A stretch of DNA of 64,000 nt from an uncultured Acidobacteriota bacterium (GCA_963776755.1 CAVZNW010000004.1:412257-476256), one strand, 5' to 3'; shown: positions 1-10,136, counted from the first letter of the stretch. Program-made: numbers and translations. Notes: generated by a model from the letters alone, not told the origin.

Positions 1-145
1 CGCGTCCCAGGCGCGTGTCCCGCGCCCGGTACACCTCTCCCATCCCGCCGGCGCCGAGCGGCGACAGGATTTCGTACGGACCGAGGCGGAATCCGGCCGA
101 GAGCGGCATGGACCTCCGGACTTGTGCCCGGATTCTATCGCCCGG

Positions 146-1552
146 TCAGGCGGCCGCGGCCTCCGCGCGCCGGCGGCGCCGCTCGGCCAGGGCGTACAGG
201 AGTATCCCGGCGACGACGAATCCGAAGGACCCGACGGCGACCTGGAGAAAGAACCCGCCGGGATCGGTCGAGTCCGCCGGGGGGATCAAGGCGAGGACGA
301 TCGCGGCGAGGGTCGTGACGAAGCCGAGGCCGTTCCAGAAGTAGCTTCCGATTCGGCCGCCCGGGACCGGCACGGCTTCCGGCTGGCGATCGATCTCCAG
401 CCTCAATCGGATCGCGGCGGCGAACATGTACAGGTAAGGCAGGAAGTAGACGATCAGCGTCGCGTTGACGAGCATCCGATACGCCTTCTCGACCGTATCG
501 CCGAGCGTCGAGGCGACGATGAAGACCGCGGCGAGAACCGCCATGAAGAGGAGCGCGAACCACGGCGTCTTCCACTTCGGGTGCGTGGCGCCGAAGATCG
601 GCGGCAGATACCGGTCGAGGCCGCCGACGAAGAGCAGGCGCGCCGAGCCGACGAGCCAGGCGCCGACGCCGCCGAGACCGGCGAGCGTCATCAGGATCGC
701 GATCGGCGGTCCGAGCCACGGCAACCCGATCCTCGCCCCGGCCTTCGTCACGGCCTGGTTGACGCCCGAGATGATCGAGATCTCGGATGGAGGCAGCGCC
801 CAGAGGAGGGAGACCGTGCCGAGCAGGTAGCAGGCCGCGATCGTCAGCCCCGAGATGATGATCGCCCGCGGGAACGTCTTTCGCGGCTCGACGACCTCGC
901 CGGCGAGCATGGGCGCGAGCTCGAGCCCCGCGAAGCCGAAGCAGAGGTTCGCGAAGAACAGGATCGTCGGAAGGTTGAGGAAGTTCGGAAGGAGGGCCCC
1001 GCCGGACAGCGGCGTGGCGCTGCCGAAACGCAGGAGCGCCACGAGACCGACGAGGAGCAGGGCCCCCGACGGGATCCACTGGGCGATGCCTCCGATGTTC
1101 TGGACCCAGCGGCCGGATTTCATTCCGACGATGTTGAAGACGAGGGCGATGGCGAGAAGACCGAGGGCCGCGCTCGCCGTATACGTCGGGCTCTTCTCCA
1201 GGTGTTCGAACTTCGTGCCGAAGACGTAGAGGGCGAAGACGACGGTCGACACCGTCAGGCCCGAGAAATAGAGGATGTTGTTGGCCCAGTAGAGCCATCC
1301 CGCCATGAATCCGTGCCGCTCGCCGAAGGCCCGCTTCGTCCAGACGTACAGTCCGCCTTCCTCCGGGATGGCCGAGGAGAGCGCGGTCACGGCGAATCCC
1401 TGCGGGATGAAGAAGGCGACGGCCGCGAGCACCCAGAGGAACAGGGAGGAGGGCCCGCTCGCCGCCGCCAGCGCGATCCAGCGCATGCCGACGATCGCGG
1501 CGACGTTGAAGAGGACTATGTCCCGGGTCTTTAGCGCGCGTTCGAGGGCCAT
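146..1552 (-). CDS. APC-superfamily amino acid permease (12 TM)
   Basis: ORF 146..1660 trimmed to the ATG at 1552 (MALERALKTRDIVLFNVAAIVGMRWIAL...). Hydrophobic 12-TM pattern and APC-type N-terminal motif. Only a 12-nt gap to the upstream kinase stop. Confidence 0.8.
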   Translation of the reverse strand: MALERALKTRDIVLFNVAAIVGMRWIALAAASGPSSLFLWVLAAVAFFIPQGFAVTALSSAIPEEGGLYVWTKRAFGERHGFMAGWLYWANNILYFSGLTVSTVVFALYVFGTKFEHLEKSPTYTASAALGLLAIALVFNIVGMKSGRWVQNIGGIAQWIPSGALLLVGLVALLRFGSATPLSGGALLPNFLNLPTILFFANLCFGFAGLELAPMLAGEVVEPRKTFPRAIIISGLTIAACYLLGTVSLLWALPPSEISIISGVNQAVTKAGARIGLPWLGPPIAILMTLAGLGGVGAWLVGSARLLFVGGLDRYLPPIFGATHPKWKTPWFALLFMAVLAAVFIVASTLGDTVEKAYRMLVNATLIVYFLPYLYMFAAAIRLRLEIDRQPEAVPVPGGRIGSYFWNGLGFVTTLAAIVLALIPPADSTDPGGFFLQVAVGSFGFVVAGILLYALAERRRRRAEAAAA

Positions 1553-1563
1553 GCGGTCTCCCG

Positions 1564-4239
1564 TCAGCTCCCGGATTTCGCTTCCGCCAGCGTCATCTGC
1601 CAGATGTCGGCGTTGTCGCTCGAGCGCATGACGTAGCAGGTGCCGGCCCCACGGACGCACGTGACGTCCTGGAAGCCGCCGTTCGTCGACCGCTCGAGGA
1701 CGACGTGGTCTTCCCCCGAGTCGAGGTCCGCGACGTGCAGGTCGCGGTCCACATAGAGGAGGAAGTGCGTTCCGAGAAACGCGCCCCGGCGGACGCGTCC
1801 GATCGACTCGGTTCCGCGAACGGGGCGAACGACGGCTCCCTCTCCCGGCGAATAGACGGCCAGGGACTGGCTGACGAGGTCCGGGAGCCGGATCACGGAG
1901 CCGGCGAGCGTCTTTCCGTCGGGCGACCAGGCGAGAGGATCGAAGAAGGTGTCGGGCGCTGGCGGGGGAATCGGCTCGATGCGCGCGGTGGCGCCCTTAT
2001 CGTCGACCCGGATGATCGCGCTGCCGTGGCCGCTGTTGGTCGAGATGGAGCGACCGTCGGGAGACCACGAGGCCTCGATGATCAGGTCGGTCGCCTGCGT
2101 GAGCGGCTTCAGGCCGCTCCCGTCTCGGCCGACGGTCCAGATCTGGTATCGGCCTCCGCGATCGGAATGGAACGCGATGCGCTTCCCGTCGGGCGAGAAG
2201 CTGGGGCCGCGGTCCTTCGGGACATCGTCGGTGATCTGCCGCAGGTTCTTTCCGTTGCTGTCGACGAGGAAGAGGTCGTCCTGGGCGCCGCCGCGGGAGT
2301 CGAAGGCGATGACGCTTCCATCGGGCGAGACGTCGACGTCCGCCATCTCCTGGGATCCGCCGAGGATCTGTTCCGGCTTGCCCGCGAGCTTGCCCGAGAC
2401 GGCGTCGAAGATCAGGCGGTCGATCGAAAAGGTGTTTTCGCGGACGACGTAGGCCGCGCGGCGCCCGTCCCGCGAGAGCGCGAAGCCGCCCACTTCGCGC
2501 GCTGGAAGGACCTCCGCCTCGGGTGGGCCGAGCGGCCGTCCCGTGGCTTCGTCGATCGGGACCTTCCAGAGGTTCATCGAGCCGCTGCGATTGGAGAGGA
2601 AATAGAGCGTCCGTCCGTTCGGGCTCCAGGTCGGGTACCAGTCGATCGCCGGGTCCTGCGTGACGGGGACCGGCTTTTCTCCGGCCGCGAGGCCCTTGTA
2701 AGGCATCGTCCAGATGTCGCGCTGGCTCCCGCCCGTGGGAAGGCCCCAGTAAGCGATGCGAAGCCCGTGGGGCGAAACGGCCGGCTGGATGGCGTCGACG
2801 TCGCCGGAGAGGTTTCGCGTCTTGCCGCTGGCGATGTCGATCGACCAGAGCTGACTCGTCCCCGTACGGCCGTAGGGCAGGATGACGAGCTCCGTCGCGT
2901 AAACGATCTCCTTTCCGTCGGGCGACCAGGCCGGGCTGTTGCCGACGTTCGCCAGCCGCCTCGCGCTCTCGCCGGTCGCTCCCATGACGAAGAGCCCGCC
3001 CTCGCCGCACTGCGCGCCGTACGCAATGAGGTTCCCGTCCGGCGAGAAGGCCGGCGTGTAGCTGTCCCGGTCGCAGTCCGGGGTCAGGTCGATCGGATTT
3101 CGGCCGCCGGCCCGCTGGACCCAGACGTCGGTCTTGTTGCCGGCGCGGTGGGTGAAGGCGACCGTCTGGCCGTCCGGCGACAGAGTCGGCGAAGTTTCGG
3201 CGCCGGAAAGATTCGTGAGGCGGCGGAAGGTGGCGCCCTCGAGCGTCCCCGGTCCGGGTCCGGTCTTTGCGCCGCGCAGCGCGAAGTACGCGGCCGCCGC
3301 GCCCGCGAGCGCGCCCAGGACGACGAGCGCCGCCGGCATGAGCTTCAGTCGCCGGCGGGCCGGAGCGACGACGGCCTGTCCGGTCGTGCCGGAAAGCGCG
3401 GCGAGGTCGAAGCCGAGATCGTGGGCGGAGTGGAACCTCTGCTCGGGGTTCTTTTCGAGGCAGTGGCGCACGATGCGCTCGAGACCCGGTGAGATGTTCT
3501 GGTTGGTGACGGAGAGGTCCGGCGGATCCTCCTTGAGGATCGCGGCCATCGTCTCGCCCGCGGAATCGGCGTGGAAGGCCCTCTTGCCGGAGAGCATTTC
3601 GTAGAGGATCGCGCCGAAAGCGAAGATGTCGCTTCGCGGATCGGCGGGCTTGCCCTTCACCTGCTCGGGCGACATGTACCCGAGCGTCCCCATGACCACA
3701 CCGGGCTCGGTGCCCGAGGCCGTGGGAAGGTTCGTCTGCGGCCCCGAGCCTTCGCCGACCTGCGTCAGCTTCGCCAGGCCGAAGTCGAGGATCTTGACGC
3801 GGCCGTCCTTGGTGACGAAGAGGTTCTCGGGCTTCAGGTCCCGGTGGACGATGCCCTTCTCGTGCGCCGCCGCGAGGCCGTGCGCGATCTGCGTCGCATA
3901 CTCGATGGCTTTGCGCTGCGCGACGCGGCCTCCCGCGAGAACCGCCCGCAGCGTCTCGCCCTCGAGCAGCTCCTGGACGACGTAGGGCGCGCCGTCCACC
4001 TCCCCGATGTCGTAGACGGCAGTGATGTTGGGATGGTTCAGGACGCCGGCGGCCTTGGCCTCCTGCTCGAAGCGGCGCAGGCGGTCGGCGTCGGCCGAGA
4101 AGGAGGCGGGGAGGACCTTGATCGCGACTTCGCGCGAGAGGCGCGGGTCCTTCGCCCTGTAAACCTCTCCCATTCCCCCGGCGCCGATCTGGCCGAGGAT
4201 CTCGTAGGGTCCGAGACGGGAACCGGCCGCGAGGGTCAC
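1564..4239 (-). CDS. Hanks-type Ser/Thr protein kinase 1: N-terminal kinase, one TM helix, C-terminal TolB-like beta-propeller repeats
   Basis: GTG start. Kinase motifs [20 protein letters not shown] and DFG are present. A TM segment LMPAALVVLGALAGAAAAYFAL follows, then repeated SPDG..(I/V)AF/Y beta-propeller blades. Confidence 0.9.
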   Translation of the reverse strand: MTLAAGSRLGPYEILGQIGAGGMGEVYRAKDPRLSREVAIKVLPASFSADADRLRRFEQEAKAAGVLNHPNITAVYDIGEVDGAPYVVQELLEGETLRAVLAGGRVAQRKAIEYATQIAHGLAAAHEKGIVHRDLKPENLFVTKDGRVKILDFGLAKLTQVGEGSGPQTNLPTASGTEPGVVMGTLGYMSPEQVKGKPADPRSDIFAFGAILYEMLSGKRAFHADSAGETMAAILKEDPPDLSVTNQNISPGLERIVRHCLEKNPEQRFHSAHDLGFDLAALSGTTGQAVVAPARRRLKLMPAALVVLGALAGAAAAYFALRGAKTGPGPGTLEGATFRRLTNLSGAETSPTLSPDGQTVAFTHRAGNKTDVWVQRAGGRNPIDLTPDCDRDSYTPAFSPDGNLIAYGAQCGEGGLFVMGATGESARRLANVGNSPAWSPDGKEIVYATELVILPYGRTGTSQLWSIDIASGKTRNLSGDVDAIQPAVSPHGLRIAYWGLPTGGSQRDIWTMPYKGLAAGEKPVPVTQDPAIDWYPTWSPNGRTLYFLSNRSGSMNLWKVPIDEATGRPLGPPEAEVLPAREVGGFALSRDGRRAAYVVRENTFSIDRLIFDAVSGKLAGKPEQILGGSQEMADVDVSPDGSVIAFDSRGGAQDDLFLVDSNGKNLRQITDDVPKDRGPSFSPDGKRIAFHSDRGGRYQIWTVGRDGSGLKPLTQATDLIIEASWSPDGRSISTNSGHGSAIIRVDDKGATARIEPIPPPAPDTFFDPLAWSPDGKTLAGSVIRLPDLVSQSLAVYSPGEGAVVRPVRGTESIGRVRRGAFLGTHFLLYVDRDLHVADLDSGEDHVVLERSTNGGFQDVTCVRGAGTCYVMRSSDNADIWQMTLAEAKSGS

Positions 4240-4265
4240 TTGGCCGGGATTCTATCCGCGGCGCG

Positions 4266-4613
4266 TCAGCCGTCGCAGCCGACGGCCACGGCGAGCGCCC
4301 GGCACACCTCGGACATCTTCCGCGGACCCAGGCTTCCGACGAACCCGGCCAGGCGGCTCTTTTCGACCGTCTGAACGTGATCCAGGTTCACAGCCGAGGG
4401 ATGCTTGAGGCCCTCGTTCGCATCCACCAGAACTTCGCTCGGGGCCCCTCGGATGGTGGAGGTCACGGGGGCGACCATGACCGTATTCAGGAGGCCGATG
4501 ACCTCCTGTCGGGAAATGACGAGAACCGGACGGCGCTTGTCGGGAGAGGAGAAGCGATAGGACCAGATCTCTCCGCGGTTCACTTCTCGGGCCACGTTCC
4601 CTGCTTCTCCCAT
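4266..4613 (-). CDS. MazF/PemK-family endoribonuclease toxin (type II TA)
   Basis: 115 aa. Carries GEIW..RF...KRRPVLVIS.......VMVAPVTS, the PemK/MazF signature. Its start overlaps the upstream antitoxin ORF by 34 nt. Confidence 0.7.
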   Translation of the reverse strand: MGEAGNVAREVNRGEIWSYRFSSPDKRRPVLVISRQEVIGLLNTVMVAPVTSTIRGAPSEVLVDANEGLKHPSAVNLDHVQTVEKSRLAGFVGSLGPRKMSEVCRALAVAVGCDG

Positions 4614-4813
4614 CCCGCGAACTCGTCGCCGAGCCCGGGCGACCTGGCGTAAGCCCTCCGGTACAGCTCCGAAACGCGCTTCGAGCGCCGCCGGCGAAGG
4701 TACTCGTCAGCGGCCCGGCGCAGGACGGCCGAACGCCCGAGCTCGCGAACTTCATCGTCCGCGTCGAGGCGCCGCAGCAGGGGCTCGTCGAAGAGGACCT
4801 GTACAGCTTTCAT
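4580..4813 (-). CDS. Ribbon-helix-helix antitoxin (type II TA partner of the MazF-like toxin)
   Basis: 77 aa. N-terminal beta-strand plus helices (MKAVQVLFDEPLLRRLD...) typical of CopG/RHH antitoxins. Lies immediately upstream of, and overlapping, the toxin. Confidence 0.55.
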   Translation of the reverse strand: MKAVQVLFDEPLLRRLDADDEVRELGRSAVLRRAADEYLRRRRSKRVSELYRRAYARSPGLGDEFAGWEKQGTWPEK

Positions 4814-4881
4814 GTGGATAGAATATCACCATATCCCGGGATCGCTCGAAGGCGGAGCGCGGCGGGCGGGGTGCCGGACGG

Positions 4882-7438
4882 CTACTTCAGGCCCGAGACG
4901 ATGTAGAGATCGGAGTTGACCGAGCTGCTGTAGCCGTACACGTATCCCTTTTCGTCCGGAGTGATCAGCACCCCGGTGCTGTCGATGACGCCGGAGAGGT
5001 CCGAGGGCCCGAACTCTTTCCAGAGCTCGCGCCGCCCCGTCTCGACGTCCACTCGGTAGACGCGTGCGGGAAGGCTTCCGATCTCGTTGCCGAGGATGGC
5101 CTTCCCGTCGCTCGACCAGCGGATCGCGTCGAGGGTATTGGTCTTGGGGATCGACCGCGTCGGGCCGCCGTCCACCGCGATGATCACCAGGTCCTGCTTC
5201 CAGTCGGAGGGATAGGCGACGAGCCGCCGGCCGTCCGGCGAGACCGCGTGTCCGGCGAAGCCGAAGCCGTCGGCGATCCGCCGCGGCTTTCCCGCCGGGA
5301 TCTCCTGGAGGTAGAAGCCCTCCTTGCCGTTCTGGTCCCGGGCGGAGACGAGCAGCCGCCGTCCGTCGTCGAGAAAGGCGGCGTGGGAAAGGTACGTCAG
5401 GCCGTCCGCGGGCAGCTCCACCACATCGCCGGTGCCTGTCGGGACGAGGGCGAGCCCCTTGGCCTGCTCGCGCCGCACCAGCACCCACTTGCCGTCCGGG
5501 GACAGGTCCCTGGCGTCGCCCTCGCCGAGCTTGACGGCGGGCGAGCCGTCCAACTTGCGCAGATAGAAGGACGGAACCATATGCGACGCGGCGCCGATCT
5601 CGGCGAGCAGCGCCGTCTTTCCATCCGCGGAGAGGCCGAGCGGACGCGTGGAGTCGTACCAGGAAAGGTCGCGCTCCTTGCTTTCGCCCGGCGTCAGGCC
5701 CAGAACGGTGCCGCGGCCTCCCGCGTGCTCGACGAGCGCGCGGCTGTCGGCGGCGACGTCGTAGGGAATGAGGCGTCCGGGGGCGCGCGCGAGCACCCGG
5801 CGCCGGCCGGTCGAGTCGAAGGCGAGGATCAGGCCTTCGCCTTGAGCGTTTCGGTCGTCGGTCCAGATCTCTCCCGAAGGGGCCCAGGCGAGCGAGATGC
5901 CGCGAAGTCCGGGGCCCGCGAGCTTCGTGACCTTGCCGGCGAGGTCCGTGACGCACAGCGTTCCGCCGCGCTCGTAAAAGGCGATGCGGTCACCCTTCGG
6001 CGAAAACCGGGGAGCGAAGAGCCCGCGCGTGCCCTGGTACAGGATCTTGCCGATGGGGTACTCCAGCCGGGTCTCGCCTTCGACGAACCGTATGATCGCG
6101 AGGTCCTTGCCGTTCGGCGCCCAATCGGCCGTTTCCACGAACTCGAGGATCTCCCGAGGCACGCCGCCGCCCAGGGGCGCGCGCGCCAGCGTGCCCATCC
6201 CGGAGCCTCCGGACAGAAAGCCTTCGCGTATCGAGAGGGCGAGCTCGCCCGACGAGGAGAGTGCAAGGAGGGTGGCGTACTTGTATCCGAGCGGCGTCGA
6301 TTCGGGGCTTCCGGGACGCGCCGTGTAGATCTCGATGGGCTTTCCTTCCCACGAAGCGGCGTAGACGACGGTCTTGCCGTCCGGGGCGAAGCGGGCGTTT
6401 CCGAGGTTGCCGCGCCGGAAGGTGATCCGCTCGAAGGTCGGCAGCGAGGGCGCCTTCCCTCTCCAGAAAAAGTGCCCGGCGGCGAAGGCGGCGGCGAGGA
6501 CGGCCAGGGCGGCGAGAGCGAGCCCCGGCCGGCCGAACCGGGCCGGAGACCTCGCGATTCCCGCTGCGGACTGCCCGGAGGTTCCCGAAAGCGCCTCGAG
6601 ATCGAAAGCGAGGTCGTGGGCCGAGTGGAACCGGCGCTCGGGGTTCTTCTCGAGACAGTGGCGCACGACGCGCTCGAGGCCCGGCGAGACGTTCTGGTTG
6701 GTAACGGAGAGGTCCGGCGGCTCTTCCTTGAGGATCGCCGCCATCGTCTCGCCGGCGGAGTCGGCGTGGAATGCTCTCTTGCCCGAGAGCATCTCGTAGA
6801 GGATGGCGCCGAAGGAGAAGATGTCCGAGCGCGCGTCGGCGGGCTTGCCCTTGATCTGCTCGGGCGACATGTAGCCGAGCGTGCCCATGACGACGCCGGG
6901 CTCGGTGCCGGCGGTCGCCGTCGGGAGGTTGGTCTGCGGCCCCGAGCCTTCGCCGGGCTGCGTGAGCTTGGCGAGGCCGAAGTCGAGGATCTTGACGCGG
7001 CCGTCGTTGGTGACGAAGAGGTTCTCGGGCTTCAGGTCCCGGTGGACGATGCCCTTCTCGTGCGCCGCGGCGAGGCCGTGCGCGATCTGGAGAGCGTGGT
7101 CGATCGCCTTGCGGGGCGAGAAGCGCCCGCCGGCGAGCTCCGCCCGCAGCGTCTCGCCCTCGAGAAGCTCCTGGACGACGTAGGGCGCGCCGTCGTGCGA
7201 GCCGATGTCGTGGACGGCGGTGATGTTCGGGTGGTTGAGGAGGCCCGCGGCCTTCGCCTCCTGCTCGAACCGGCGCAGGCGATCGGCGTCGGCGGAGAAC
7301 GACGGCGGGCAGCACCTTGATCGCGACGTCCCGGCCGAGGCGCGGGTCCTTCGCCCGGTAGACCTCGCCCATCCCCCCGGCGCCGATGGGCGCAAGGATC
7401 TCGTAGGGGCCGAGCCGGGAACCCGCGGCGAGGGTCAC
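4882..7438 (-). CDS. Ser/Thr protein kinase 2 (tandem paralog of kinase 1) with TolB-like beta-propeller; apparent +1 frameshift near 7300-7315
   Basis: The N-terminus ([45 protein letters not shown]) reads in the frame of ORF 5990..7438. The remainder ([14 protein letters not shown]...HRDLKPEN...DFG...) reads in the frame of ORF 4882..7395. DNA alignment to kinase 1 shows one extra nucleotide. GTG start with the same upstream box as kinase 1. Confidence 0.75.
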
Positions 7439-7484
7439 GTTGCCGGAATTCTATCCGGAGCGGCGTCCGTCGACTGCGGACTCC

Positions 7485-10136
7485 TCAGCGCGGCAGGCCC
7501 GCGTCCCAGTGCTCGACGAGCGCCACCCTCGCCGCTCCCGTGTCGCCCGCGCTGTTGGCGAGGAGGGCCTTGCCGTCCGGCCGCACGGCGTAGCCCGCGA
7601 GGCCCACTCGGGGGCCGACGTAGAAGTTGGCGGGGAAGAGCATGCTGATCTCCTTGACTTCGAGCCGGGCGCCTCGCAGTTCCATCGACGCCGCCATGAG
7701 CTCGTTGTCGCCGGAGACGAAATAGATCGTGCGGCCGTCGGGGCTCCAGCGCGGCTGCGAGCCGCCGCTGGCGGAGACCTGCCAGTGCGCGCCGCCCGCG
7801 GGGAAGGGCGTCACGTAGATCTCGGTCCTTCCGGACTCGGTCGATCGGTAGGCGACCCAGCGGCCGTCGGGCGAGAACTGGCCGCTCGTCTCCATGACCG
7901 GAGAGGCGACGAGCGCCGAGGCCTTGCCCGGGTCCGCGACGGGCACGGCCCAGATGTCGGTGCCGCCGATGTTGCCCCGGGTGACGAGGAGATGGCGGCC
8001 GTCCGGCGACCAGTCGGTGGGCTCGATCCGGTCGGTCGAGCTCCAGATCTCGCGCCGTTTGCCCGACCCGTCGATCGACACGGCGAGCAGGGCGAAGGTC
8101 CCCGCCTGGGCCTGGGACGTCAGCGCGATCTCGGAGCCGTCGGGAGACCACACGGGCGCCGGGGTCGCCACGGCCCCCGTCGTCAGCCGCGAGCGGACTC
8201 CGCGCTCGAGATCGAAGAGCCAGACGTCGTTGGCGGGGTCGCCGAGGACCACGGCCGCGCGCCGCCCGTCGGGAGAGATCTCGGGACAGTAGGCCTCGCT
8301 CTTCTCGCCCACCTTGCCGAGAGGGCGGCCGGCGAGATCGAGCCACGTCAGTTGTCCCCCGATCCCCGCCTGCGCCACCTGGTAGGCGAGCACGCCGTTC
8401 GACGAGACACTGAAGTTTCCGCGCCAGATGCCCGAGTCGTAGTGCACGTTTTCCGTGACGCGCACTGGCGCGCCCGAGACCGTGTTCGCGCGGATGTCGA
8501 AGCGCAGGGCCATCAGGCTCGTGTCGGCGCAGTAGAGGAGCCGCCCCGAGGCGTACTGCCCGCCGCCGAAGCTCGAGACCAGGCGCCGGCTCTCGCCGCC
8601 ATCGATCGACCCGACGTAGACGCCGGATTGTTCGGCGCGCGGGTCCGCGTGATTGACGGCGAGGTAGAGAAAGTGGCGGCCGTCCGGAAGGAAGAACGGC
8701 CACCGGTGCGTCGTGTGGACCTTCTCCGCGACCTTCGTCACGGGCCGCGCCACGCCGCCGCCGGCGGAGACCCGGAAGATCGGCGACCGGATGTCCGGCG
8801 CGAAGACGATCTCGCCGGAGGGCGACCAGCTCCCGCCGCGGGAGTTGGGCGCGTCGCAGATCGTGGTGACGGGCCCGCCGTCGGCGTCGACGCGGCGGAG
8901 CTTCCCTTCCGCGAAGAAGCCGATCGAGCGGCCGTCGGGCGACCAGAAGGGGAACCGCGGCCCGTCGGTCGAAGGCAGAGGCGTCGCGTCGCCCGTCCGC
9001 AGCGACTGGATCCAGAGCTTTCCGGCGGCGCCGTAGACGACGCGATCGCCCGTGGGCGATACGGCGACGGGAGCGGAGTCGTCGCCGGTCAGCCGGAAGA
9101 CGGTCTTTTCCGGAGGAAGGAGAAACGAGTGGACCGGTTCGGGCCGGACGTCGCGCGCCTTGCGCAGCTCGTTGGCCAGGAAGACCGCCGTCACGAGGAG
9201 CAGCGCGGCCGCGGCCCAGGGGAGAGCCGGCCGTCGTCCGCGCCGCGGGGCCGCGGGAACGGCGGTCCCCGAGGCCGACGTCGTTCCCTCCGAGAGCCAG
9301 CGAAGCTGCTTGCCGATGTCGCCGGCCGACTGCCAGCGGTCTTCGGGGTCCTTGGCCAGACAGCCCCGGACGACGCGGTCGAGGACCGGAGGCGACATCG
9401 GCTGAACCTGCGAGATCGGCGGGGGATCGTCGCGCAGGATCGCCGAGATGAGCGAGGCCTGTGTGGAGCCGGAGAACGCCTTTCTGCCCGTCGCCATCTC
9501 GAAGAGCGTGGCCCCGAGCGCGAAGATGTCCGTGCGGGCGTCGGCGTCCCGGCCCTCGAGCTGCTCGGGCGCCATGTACTGGAAGGTTCCGAGGATCGTG
9601 CCTTCCTGGGTGAGGCCCTGCTGCGTCGGAACGGCGGTCAGGCTCGACGGCTGGGCCGGCGCCATCGCCTTTGCGAGTCCGAAGTCCAGGAGCTTGACGC
9701 CCGTCTTCGTCAGCATCACGTTGCCGGGCTTCAGATCCCGGTGCACGATGCCCTGCCGGTGCGCCTTGTCGAGGGCGTCGGCGATCTGCGCGCCGTAACG
9801 GAGCGTCTGCTCCTGCGGGAGCGGCCCGCGGGCGAGGCGATCCGAAAGCGTCTCGCCTTCCAGATACTCCATCACCAGATACTCGATCTCGCCTTCGCGC
9901 CCGACGTCGTGGACCGCGCAGATGTGCGGGTGGGAGAACTGCGAAATCGTCTTCGCTTCGCGCTCGAAGCGCTGGCGGACCTCGGGGGAGGACGAGAGAT
10001 GCTGCGGCAGGACCTTGATCGCGACGGTGCGCTCGAGCCGCGCGTCCTTCGCGCGGTAGACCTCTCCCATGCCGCCCGCGCCGATGTGCGCGAGGATCTC
10101 GTAGGGGCCGAGGCGGGAGCCTGCAGAAAGAGCCAT
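7485..10136 (-). CDS. Ser/Thr protein kinase 3 with C-terminal TolB-like beta-propeller
   Basis: ATG at 10136 ([27 protein letters not shown]...HRDLKPGN...DFG). TM segment ALPWAAAALLLVTAVFL. Repeated SPDG(R)xIxF blades follow. Confidence 0.9.
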   Translation of the reverse strand: MALSAGSRLGPYEILAHIGAGGMGEVYRAKDARLERTVAIKVLPQHLSSSPEVRQRFEREAKTISQFSHPHICAVHDVGREGEIEYLVMEYLEGETLSDRLARGPLPQEQTLRYGAQIADALDKAHRQGIVHRDLKPGNVMLTKTGVKLLDFGLAKAMAPAQPSSLTAVPTQQGLTQEGTILGTFQYMAPEQLEGRDADARTDIFALGATLFEMATGRKAFSGSTQASLISAILRDDPPPISQVQPMSPPVLDRVVRGCLAKDPEDRWQSAGDIGKQLRWLSEGTTSASGTAVPAAPRRGRRPALPWAAAALLLVTAVFLANELRKARDVRPEPVHSFLLPPEKTVFRLTGDDSAPVAVSPTGDRVVYGAAGKLWIQSLRTGDATPLPSTDGPRFPFWSPDGRSIGFFAEGKLRRVDADGGPVTTICDAPNSRGGSWSPSGEIVFAPDIRSPIFRVSAGGGVARPVTKVAEKVHTTHRWPFFLPDGRHFLYLAVNHADPRAEQSGVYVGSIDGGESRRLVSSFGGGQYASGRLLYCADTSLMALRFDIRANTVSGAPVRVTENVHYDSGIWRGNFSVSSNGVLAYQVAQAGIGGQLTWLDLAGRPLGKVGEKSEAYCPEISPDGRRAAVVLGDPANDVWLFDLERGVRSRLTTGAVATPAPVWSPDGSEIALTSQAQAGTFALLAVSIDGSGKRREIWSSTDRIEPTDWSPDGRHLLVTRGNIGGTDIWAVPVADPGKASALVASPVMETSGQFSPDGRWVAYRSTESGRTEIYVTPFPAGGAHWQVSASGGSQPRWSPDGRTIYFVSGDNELMAASMELRGARLEVKEISMLFPANFYVGPRVGLAGYAVRPDGKALLANSAGDTGAARVALVEHWDAGLPR

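Noticed and set aside
122-1534. 470-aa acidic/Arg-rich ORF (+) and ORF 135..1298 (-)
   Set aside because: They overlap the permease gene in other frames, have a compositional-artefact appearance, and contain no recognisable domain.
1705-3492. 595-aa ORF on the + strand, with similar long antisense ORFs at 5248..7320, 7440..10157, 16512..21668 (1718 aa), 24719..27271, 27538..29517, 31939..34770, 34731..36608, 38185..39792, 47182..49743 and 47256..50171
   Set aside because: All lie antisense to, or out of frame within, well-supported genes. Their translations are low-complexity Arg/Gly/Ala/Pro/Asp-rich strings, which is typical of stop-codon-poor high-GC DNA. No motifs or start-site signals are present.
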